IMG/VR virus record: IMGVR_UViG_3300032236_001082
Coordinates: 1 to 64,000 of that record
Source: a virus
Length of the DNA stretch: 64,000 bases
Reading direction: 5' to 3' (one strand)
The notes under the pieces are model-generated. The model was given only the letters and a program-made list of their open reading frames with translations. It did not search any database and had not been told where the DNA came from. This document shows, piece after piece, positions 55,611-62,295 of the stretch (position 1 is its first letter; the number at the start of each line of letters is the position of its first letter). Both the position numbers and the translations under genes were made by a program.

Positions 55611-55807
55611 TAGTTTAATCTCTCCTTAATCCATACCCACAAATGCTCGTGCCAATAATATAACGCTGTCTCAAACAACATCTCGGCAGAAGCTAATTTT
55701 AATCCTACTGTCCATTCACTAGTAATGAATGTACCCAAAAGTGTTACCATTAAAAAGTGAAATAAATACCAGCTAAATGTTTTTAGTAAGATTAGTTTAT
55801 GCTTCAT
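55610..55807 (-). CDS. DUF2061-like small membrane protein
   Basis: KT.SW.......E.....YY.HE..W. Confidence 0.7.
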   Translation of the reverse strand: MKHKLILLKTFSWYLFHFLMVTLLGTFITSEWTVGLKLASAEMLFETALYYWHEHLWVWIKERLN

Positions 55808-55939
55808 TTTGTTTTAGCGTATCCTGTCTTCTTTTTGTTCATTGATCCTGGCAACTTCCCGCCAGGTCCTTTGTGATTCTTTTGTCGAATCTCTAAAGCT
55901 TTTTTGATTTTTTCAGTCTTATTTCCCATGATTCTCCTA

Positions 55940-56773
55940 TTATATCATATTATTAATGTCTGGCTTGGTTAAAGTGGCCCAGACACCATTAAAATATCTT
56001 TCTTCTGGCTTAAATCCGCCAGTTATAGTGTGTACAAGTTTAAATAAATCGGGAATTAAGATGTCTCCCTGTTGCCATTTATGCACTATTCTAATGTCTT
56101 CATTGTTCTTCACTTGATCGTTTAAGAACATCATAATTCTATTAAATTCTTTTTCCATTGGATCGGAAGGCTCAAAACCATTATATCTTGCTAAATATTT
56201 GTACTTAGAGGGATCAGCATTGAAATCAACGTGAGCCATCAATTCGCCCGTTCTATAATGTTTAGAAGCGCAATTTGCCAATATGACATCATCAAAATAA
56301 TAAAAATAGGTTTGGGAGTCTGTAATTATCTGTTGCTCTTGAGGATTTAAAAGATTCCATAATTTGTGGGCATCTACAAAGTAAGTTTTACCGCTGTCTG
56401 GACTACAAGTAAATGTCTTCATGTTCCAAATAGCACCAGCAGTTCTATTCTTTCTATAGAAATGCTCTAGGTGCCAAGTGATTACAATATCGTCATTTCC
56501 CCACTTTTCGTTATAAGCGTGTTTGTGGTTTTCTGAATAAAAAGCATAAGCATTAAATGCTTCAAGATTTTCTGGGTCATCAAAAGACTTAGTATTAGGA
56601 AACCAGCCAGCTTTATCTCCAAATATTTTAAGTATTTCTACTTGTTCTTCTTTTGAAACATCCCCACCTCTAAAACAGATGACAGAATTTTCCTCAAATT
56701 TATCAAAATAATATTGAAGGTTATCTTTAATTCCTTCTATACCTGGATACTGTGTAATATATGGACTTAGCAT
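55940..56773 (-). CDS. TauD/TfdA-family 2OG dioxygenase
   Basis: V.CFR, WHLE, G.T.FVD, H.WQ.GD..I.D....H, R. Confidence 0.8.
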   Translation of the reverse strand: MLSPYITQYPGIEGIKDNLQYYFDKFEENSVICFRGGDVSKEEQVEILKIFGDKAGWFPNTKSFDDPENLEAFNAYAFYSENHKHAYNEKWGNDDIVITWHLEHFYRKNRTAGAIWNMKTFTCSPDSGKTYFVDAHKLWNLLNPQEQQIITDSQTYFYYFDDVILANCASKHYRTGELMAHVDFNADPSKYKYLARYNGFEPSDPMEKEFNRIMMFLNDQVKNNEDIRIVHKWQQGDILIPDLFKLVHTITGGFKPEERYFNGVWATLTKPDINNMI

Positions 56774-56998
56774 TTAGTTACTTGATTGGGATGGCTTTTG
56801 ATTGATGTACTCCCGCTCATCAATAATTTCGTATGCTTGATTATCAAGCTTTTCTTGGTTTTTATTGTAATGATGACCACAAAACATTAATTCTCCGCTT
56901 ATTAATTTAACTAAAACAAAAGCTTGAGAACCACATGCATCACATCTATCAATTACATTTAATGTACGATCTGCTTTTTCTTGTGTCATTGTCATCAT
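56774..56998 (-). CDS. Small Zn-binding protein of actinobacterial type; leaderless
   Basis: DRCDACGSQA.V......L.FCGHH; TATACT 6 nt before ATG 56998. Confidence 0.7.
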   Translation of the reverse strand: MMTMTQEKADRTLNVIDRCDACGSQAFVLVKLISGELMFCGHHYNKNQEKLDNQAYEIIDEREYINQKPSQSSN

Positions 56999-57039
56999 AG
57001 GTATAGTATATCCTTTTATATTAGTAGTTACAAGTTTAG

Positions 57040-57112
57040 TGCCTCCAGTAGGGCTCGAACCTACGACCCGCAGATTAAAAGTCTGCTGCTCTACCAACTG
57101 AGCTATAGAAGC
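57040..57112 (-). tRNA. tRNA-Lys(UUU)
   Basis: Cloverleaf; anticodon loop CTTTTAA; T-loop TTCGAGC. Confidence 0.95.
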
Positions 57113-57244
57113 AAGTGATCAATACAGGTAAAGGGAAACTACTGTATTGATCGTGATACTGCTGGTTTACCCTAGCCTTTTGCCAGCCTATTGTCCACGT
57201 CTGGAGTCGGACCCATTTTCTTCCGCCACGCAATAGTTGTATCG

Positions 57245-57317
57245 TACCCCAAGACAGATTCGAACTGTCGCTGTATGGATTTTAAGTCCACTATCTCTAC
57301 CGCTGGATTACTGGGGC
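57245..57317 (-). tRNA. tRNA-Leu(UAA), short variable loop
   Basis: GTGGA-CTTAAAA-TCCAT; T-arm GACAG-TTCGAAT-CTGTC. Confidence 0.9.
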
Positions 57318-57318
57318 T

Positions 57319-57393
57319 TGGAGCCCCCCGTCAGGATTGAACTGACGACCTTCCGCTTACAAGGCGGATGCTCTACCACTGAGCTAGGGAGGC
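57319..57393 (-). tRNA. tRNA-Thr(UGU), encoded CCA
   Basis: Anticodon loop CTTGTAA. Confidence 0.95.
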
Positions 57394-57549
57394 GGATGCC
57401 AACCGTGATAAAAAACCGTTGGCTGTAGATACCTATCTAATTCTGCAGAGCAATCTCCATCGTGCTGAACCACTTCGTATGATGCAGTTAGAACTCAATT
57501 TATCGGTATCCAACATCTCAGAATAAATTGTTCAGATTTATTCTTTGAG

Positions 57550-57622
57550 CCCCCTCGGCACGATTCGAACGTGCGACGCAGGCCTTAGAAGAGCCTCGCT
57601 CTATCCTCTGAGCTACGAAGGG
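57550..57622 (-). tRNA. tRNA-Arg(UCU)
   Basis: AGGCT-CTTCTAA-GGCCT. Confidence 0.93.
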
Positions 57623-57629
57623 AAACCTA

Positions 57630-58142
57630 TTATGCAGAAAGAATTTTACTTAAAGAATTAACTGTTGCTGCAATTCTTCCGATATCACGCAACTGTTCTA
57701 CTGTATATCCTTCTTGCTTGAGAGTCTCATAATGCGCCTTAACGCAGAAATGACACTTACCAATAATTGATGAAGCTAATGAATATGCTTCAAACTTAGC
57801 TTTTGTTGTACCGCCGTGTGATGCAATAGCATTCATTCTTAACTGTGCTGGTAAACCAGACAAAGCAGAATCATCCGCCATTTCAACGTAAGGATACCAC
57901 ACATTGTTTTGAGCCATCAAGGCACCAGCAGTCAAAGCAGCATTTTTTTCTACTTCATCCGTTGCGCCTGCAGCAATAAATGCCAAAAGCTTTCCATTTC
58001 CTGTTGCAAAAGCAGCAGCAATTGCTAAATAAGTAACTTGATCTGGGTCAATCGTAGAACGATTGACCACAGCATCTAAGTTCAACTTAATATCTTTTGC
58101 ATATTCTGGCAAAGAATCTTTTAGTTGATCAACCCAAGACAT
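57630..58142 (-). CDS. ahpD: Alkyl hydroperoxide reductase AhpD
   Basis: LPEYAKDIKLNL, M..NNV.Y, LRMN, FE...LA.S....CHFCV.AH; start overlaps ahpC stop. Confidence 0.92.
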   Translation of the reverse strand: MSWVDQLKDSLPEYAKDIKLNLDAVVNRSTIDPDQVTYLAIAAAFATGNGKLLAFIAAGATDEVEKNAALTAGALMAQNNVWYPYVEMADDSALSGLPAQLRMNAIASHGGTTKAKFEAYSLASSIIGKCHFCVKAHYETLKQEGYTVEQLRDIGRIAATVNSLSKILSA

Positions 58143-58678
58143 TAGAGAGTTGCCCCTCCAAGTGGACGATTGCAAGCACAAAGCTCACCAGTCTGAAGTG
58201 CATCCAAGACACGAAGTGCCTCATCCGCATTGCGACCAACATCTAGGTTGTTTACTGTAATATGCTGAATTACATTCTCTGGGTCAACAATAAATGTTGC
58301 ACGGAGTGTAACTCCTTGTGGGGTAATAATGCCCAAGTCTGATGAGAGTTCACGTGCTGAGTCAGCAAATGCCCATGAGTTTGTCTTAGCAAGATCTTCA
58401 TGGTTATTACGCCAAGCGACCTTACAGAACTCATTATCAACTGAACCTGTCATAAGTACCGCATCACGGTCATTAAAATCATTAACTAACTTGTCGTATG
58501 CAACAATTTCTGTTGGACATACAAACGTAAAATCTTTTGGATAAAATGCAATAATCTTCCACTTTCCAGCGAAAGAATCTTGATTCAAGTTCTCAAAAGA
58601 AGAATCATCATACGCCAATGCTCCTGGCTTAACACCAACAACATTGAAGTTTCCTAACTTATCTCCTACGGTCTTCAT
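58142..58678 (-). CDS. ahpC: Peroxiredoxin AhpC
   Basis: FYPKDFTFVCPTEI, RATFIVD, GRN.DE.LRVLDALQ..ELCACN. Confidence 0.95.
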   Translation of the reverse strand: MKTVGDKLGNFNVVGVKPGALAYDDSSFENLNQDSFAGKWKIIAFYPKDFTFVCPTEIVAYDKLVNDFNDRDAVLMTGSVDNEFCKVAWRNNHEDLAKTNSWAFADSARELSSDLGIITPQGVTLRATFIVDPENVIQHITVNNLDVGRNADEALRVLDALQTGELCACNRPLGGATL

Positions 58679-58710
58679 ATTTCTCCTTATATAAGAAGGC
58701 TTGCGCCTTG

Positions 58711-58784
58711 CGATCTCAACGGGACTTGAACCCGCAACCTCTACCGTGACAGGGTAGCGATCTAACCAATTGATCTATGAGATC
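58711..58784 (-). tRNA. tRNA-Asp(GUC)
   Basis: CTACC-CTGTCAC-GGTAG. Confidence 0.95.
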
Positions 58785-58788
58785 CTAG

Positions 58789-58862
58789 TGGAACAGCTCG
58801 GACTTGAACCGAGGATTACCGAATTATGAGTTCGGGGCTTTAACCAACTAAGCTACTGTTCC
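58789..58862 (-). tRNA. tRNA with CAU anticodon (elongator Met or Ile2)
   Basis: CCGAA-CTCATAA-TTCGG; G1-C72 pair, so not an initiator. Confidence 0.9.
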
Positions 58863-58864
58863 TT

Positions 58865-58941
58865 TGGTAGAATGTTTGCGAATTGAACGCAACTCTAGGG
58901 AGGATATAAGCCACCACCTGACCACCAGCCAGCCACATTCC
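58865..58941 (-). tRNA. tRNA-Ile(UAU), atypical, encoded CCA
   Basis: Acceptor GGAATGT/ACATTCT; anticodon arm GGTGG-CTTATAT-CCTCC (one U-U); T-arm TTGCG-TTCAATT-CGCAA. Confidence 0.75.
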
Positions 58942-58942
58942 G

Positions 58943-59015
58943 CTGGGGTGACAGGGATCGAACCTGTGACACTTCGATTAACAGTCGAATGCTCTGCCTG
59001 CTGAGCTACACCCCA
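58943..59015 (-). tRNA. tRNA-Asn(GUU)
   Basis: TTCGA-CTGTTAA-TCGAA. Confidence 0.95.
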
Positions 59016-59020
59016 AAAGG

Positions 59021-59133
59021 GTACGGTAAGCAAATCCATCTGCACAGGCGTTGGGGTCTCTTACACCGCAAACGCTATAGCCGAGTATGTAATATGTAAC
59101 TATAACATCCTAAGAAAGTGTTGCTTACCGTAC
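59021..59133 (-). ncRNA. Candidate ncRNA heading the tRNA operon
   Basis: Perfect 13-bp terminal stem GTACGGTAAGCAA/TTGCTTACCGTAC; begins at the predicted TSS. Confidence 0.55.
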
Positions 59134-59139
59134 TATCAT

Positions 59140-59169
59140 ATTATACTATTAAGGGTTATTTGATGTCAA
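59140..59169 (-). promoter_or_regulatory. Sigma-A-type promoter of the tRNA operon
   Basis: TTGACA-N18-TATAAT on the minus strand. Confidence 0.8.
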
Positions 59170-59743
59170 TAGTTTTGCCATTATAAGACGTGTCTGCATC
59201 TAATATTAAATTAGCTATATCTTCACGCATAGAATCTGTGATTGTGGCTGGGGATATTGAAAACATTGATTGATTATCTGATAATTGACTTGAAGCCGAT
59301 CTAACGAATGCTTCTACTCCCGCCTTTACAGCAGAATAGTGTGCATCTTGAATAGGGATATCAGCAGCAATTGATGATATAAATACTATTTGTCCATCAA
59401 ACTCAAGCATATGTGTTAGATTCATTATAAGTGAAATATAATTAATTAAGAATGCATCATAAAAACTTATCATTTCATCTTCAGCAACGTCTTTATAACT
59501 TCTACCCAAACCACTACCAGATAAAAATATTATCTTTGAGTAAAAATGTTTAGGAAGAAATGTAAAAAACATTTCTATAGAATGCTTATCATACAAATCA
59601 AGCTTAATCCAAGTGTAGTTATTGTATATCTTATCAACTTGTCTAAATGTCATTGCAGCGATTTCATAACCATTATTTTCTAATTTTGAAATGATAGGTT
59701 GAGCTAGGCTGGAAGTCCCGCCTATTATTAATACTTTTTTCAT
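59156..59743 (-). CDS. Short-chain dehydrogenase/reductase
   Basis: IIGGTSSLA, DL, IVFISS, YSAVK, ISP. Confidence 0.85.
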   Translation of the reverse strand: MKKVLIIGGTSSLAQPIISKLENNGYEIAAMTFRQVDKIYNNYTWIKLDLYDKHSIEMFFTFLPKHFYSKIIFLSGSGLGRSYKDVAEDEMISFYDAFLINYISLIMNLTHMLEFDGQIVFISSIAADIPIQDAHYSAVKAGVEAFVRSASSQLSDNQSMFSISPATITDSMREDIANLILDADTSYNGKTIDIK

Positions 59744-59749
59744 TTTATC

Positions 59750-60328
59750 CTATATCGTTGTATTGTTGGAAGATCGGTTTCCGTACCCCGCAGATGACTG
59801 TCCATCATTTTCATATGTCGCTCTTGACGGGAAATAATATCTTGCATCTTGCATTGTGGAATTAAATTCTGGTCCCATTTGACCTTTATTGGATGGAACA
59901 AAAACTCCATCCCAAATTGATTTTTTGATAGGAATGCAATTAGGAACTGTTTTGCCATCTTGTTCTTTTGTACCAGCATATTGATATCCTTCCCAACATG
60001 GTCCTTTACCTTTTGTAACACAATATGCACACTTTTCCGTATCAGAAATATAATGATGATCATTTCCTAAATCATCGCATCCGCATGTCATGCATTTATT
60101 AACCACGTTATTCTCCTTATACTCCTCTGGGGTTTTAGTAGTCCTAACTTCATCGCTAAGTAGGTCTATTTTGGGGTTATCTAGGCCTTTAAGGGCCTCT
60201 TCTGCCTCTTCCTTAGTAAGGTAACAACCTATTGATTGTCCCGTCCCAGACTTTAAAATAGAGTATCCGTGTTGACAATCTGGCGTACCAAACTCTATTG
60301 ACCAGCCATCTCCACCTGTAAATATCAT
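59750..60328 (-). CDS. Putative internal head protein
   Basis: CWEGY...G.K...GK.VPNC.P motif seen in phage head-internal proteins; KKSIWDGVF. Confidence 0.55.
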   Translation of the reverse strand: MIFTGGDGWSIEFGTPDCQHGYSILKSGTGQSIGCYLTKEEAEEALKGLDNPKIDLLSDEVRTTKTPEEYKENNVVNKCMTCGCDDLGNDHHYISDTEKCAYCVTKGKGPCWEGYQYAGTKEQDGKTVPNCIPIKKSIWDGVFVPSNKGQMGPEFNSTMQDARYYFPSRATYENDGQSSAGYGNRSSNNTTI

Positions 60329-61215
60329 TACCAGTTGTCTCCTGCATGATAATCAATTTTTTTCCAAATTGGTGTTGAATTGTTTACATAATCTTTTATA
60401 CATACATATAAGAAGGAAGAATCATGTGCGATCATACCCTCAACATCTCCAGATACTCCATAAGAATGTGCGGGAACAGAAGATTTTACAATAACAGATT
60501 TAATATCGCTATTGTAAGAAATTTCACCCGTTGAAGTATTATAAGATAATGGCTTTATGCCTGAAGATTGTGGTTTATAGCCTATACCATTTATATAAGT
60601 TTTACCACCATCTTGGTAGATACCATTAGATCCCCCACCAAAATAAATCTTACCTATGCCAGACTCTTCAACTAAACGCAAAACTACATTATCGTTTCCA
60701 TCATGCAATTCAATATTGTTTGCAATAATTGCGGGAAGCTGGGCTTGTGCAATACCATCAATAAAGAATACACCGTTATCAATAGTTAAAGCAACTTGCT
60801 GATTTGTTGTAGCGTCCGTAATATAGATAGTACCTTCACCGATTGAAATAGATTTCCATCTGTGTGTATCATTTCCAAGAGTGTAAGCATTGTCTGAGGC
60901 TGGGATCAGGTCTGTACCTATTACAGTTTTACCAGATCCATCTGTACCAATATTTTGTGCCATTCCCGTTCCAAAAGAAATATACCCTTTTGAAGAATCT
61001 TCAAAACCTCTTATTGAAAGTGTATTTGCAAGGTTAACATCACCAAGCCAAACATCATCACCAATTTTAACATTGGTTCCATTGCCGTTATTTGTTACAT
61101 ATAACTTATCATATGTATCTGTGGGGGTTCCATTTCCTGCTGGACCTTGTGCTCCAGTGTCACCTTTAGGCCCTGGGGCTCCTGTTCCTGGGGTGCTTAT
61201 ATGAATTCTAGACAT
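60328..61215 (-). CDS. Collagen-motif fibre-like virion protein
   Basis: GPKGDTGAQGPAG; LIP..DN.Y.LG....RW; C-terminal G..G.IA.D..YLYVC....W. Confidence 0.65.
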   Translation of the reverse strand: MSRIHISTPGTGAPGPKGDTGAQGPAGNGTPTDTYDKLYVTNNGNGTNVKIGDDVWLGDVNLANTLSIRGFEDSSKGYISFGTGMAQNIGTDGSGKTVIGTDLIPASDNAYTLGNDTHRWKSISIGEGTIYITDATTNQQVALTIDNGVFFIDGIAQAQLPAIIANNIELHDGNDNVVLRLVEESGIGKIYFGGGSNGIYQDGGKTYINGIGYKPQSSGIKPLSYNTSTGEISYNSDIKSVIVKSSVPAHSYGVSGDVEGMIAHDSSFLYVCIKDYVNNSTPIWKKIDYHAGDNW

Positions 61216-61499
61216 TAATCTTGCACCAAGATGACTGCAACTGATGGAGTACCACTTGCTGCGATTGCGTATAAGTCATCCCCTGCTGAAACATCAAGGC
61301 TAAGTGCTCCACCTGGAATTAATCTAAATCCATAAGAGCTAGAAGTTACATTAGAACCACCGATATAAATATTAATTGAAGAATCAACATTTTGCATAGA
61401 AACGGCTACATCTCTATTGTAAAATGGATCTATTGCTTCAGCAGTCAATTTGACTGGTGTAGAAGAATTAAGTGTTACTAAATTGTGTGTTAAAGACAT
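61215..61499 (-). CDS. Small beta-sandwich virion-like protein
   Basis: QN......IYIGGS.VT...YG.RL.PG........LYAI. Confidence 0.6.
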   Translation of the reverse strand: MSLTHNLVTLNSSTPVKLTAEAIDPFYNRDVAVSMQNVDSSINIYIGGSNVTSSSYGFRLIPGGALSLDVSAGDDLYAIAASGTPSVAVILVQD

Positions 61500-61532
61500 T
61501 ATTGGTACCTCCAGTACGTTTATATTATACCA

Positions 61533-61790
61533 TTATTGTTTATAAATATCACTCAAGATATCTTCATCTGGTTTAGATGGATCATTATCTGTATACAATG
61601 CCTTCAAAGCTTTTTTATTTTCCATCTTTTGTGCTGATTCTCCCATACCAATCATAAGCATGACAGAAGGAATAATTATATCAATTGGAAGGCTAGGAAA
61701 GTGTTTATTTATATATAGGATTAAAGCAGAAAGATACCCAGCTATTTTAGCTGGGTTCTTCCTAGTATAATTTGCTACTCTTGCCCACAT
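61533..61790 (-). CDS. Small membrane protein (holin-like); leaderless
   Basis: Two hydrophobic segments; TGATATAAT 6 nt before ATG. Confidence 0.5.
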   Translation of the reverse strand: MWARVANYTRKNPAKIAGYLSALILYINKHFPSLPIDIIIPSVMLMIGMGESAQKMENKKALKALYTDNDPSKPDEDILSDIYKQ

Positions 61791-61805
61791 GTATTAATTA
61801 TATCA

Positions 61806-62108
61806 TTAATTAGATGTAGGTGCTTTTTTGTCTACCGCTGCAAAAGCTGCATTAATTTCATCTACTGTAAGCTTGCCGTCATCTAGGAAACCACGTGCGA
61901 GTCTTTCGACTACAGTGGCTACGCCTAATGTGCCTGCAAGTATGACTGCTTTAGCAGTGCTTATGCCAACTACGGCACCCGCACCAATAACACTCAAACC
62001 AGAAGCAGCAAAAACAGCAACAATTCGCATGAATATGTTATTAATGCTTGCTATTGCACCAGATCCAACTTGTGTTGGCTCTTCTACAACTTTATCGTTC
62101 TTTGCCAT
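61806..62108 (-). CDS. Two-TM membrane protein with C-terminal EF-hand-like motif
   Basis: RIVAVFAASGL.VIGAG; DDGKLT.DEIN.AF. Confidence 0.7.
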   Translation of the reverse strand: MAKNDKVVEEPTQVGSGAIASINNIFMRIVAVFAASGLSVIGAGAVVGISTAKAVILAGTLGVATVVERLARGFLDDGKLTVDEINAAFAAVDKKAPTSN

Positions 62109-62112
62109 TTTG

Positions 62113-62295
62113 TTACTCCTTTCCTTTTGGATTTCTTAATCTATATGTTGCGACCCACAAGAAGATAGAGATAAGTATTGCATCTCCAACAACTGTTTTT
62201 GCAGATCCCGTCAAAACAAGCCATGCAGAGAATAGACCAACGAAAGTCCAAATCTGATTGGCTAGGTCTGACATTAAACCTTTAATTAGTTTCAT
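62113..62295 (-). CDS. Small two-TM membrane protein
   Basis: QIWTFVGLF.AW.VL.GSAK.VVG; ATGA-coupled. Confidence 0.7.
   Translation of the reverse strand: MKLIKGLMSDLANQIWTFVGLFSAWLVLTGSAKTVVGDAILISIFLWVATYRLRNPKGKE

Noticed and set aside
57113-57549. Theta/HDV-like ribozymes after tRNAs
   Set aside because: Could not fit the nested double pseudoknot and catalytic C by eye; a descriptor search would settle it.
56999-59045. ORFs 57237..57428, 58848..59045 and the 5' extension of 56774..57097
   Set aside because: They overlap well-formed tRNA genes.
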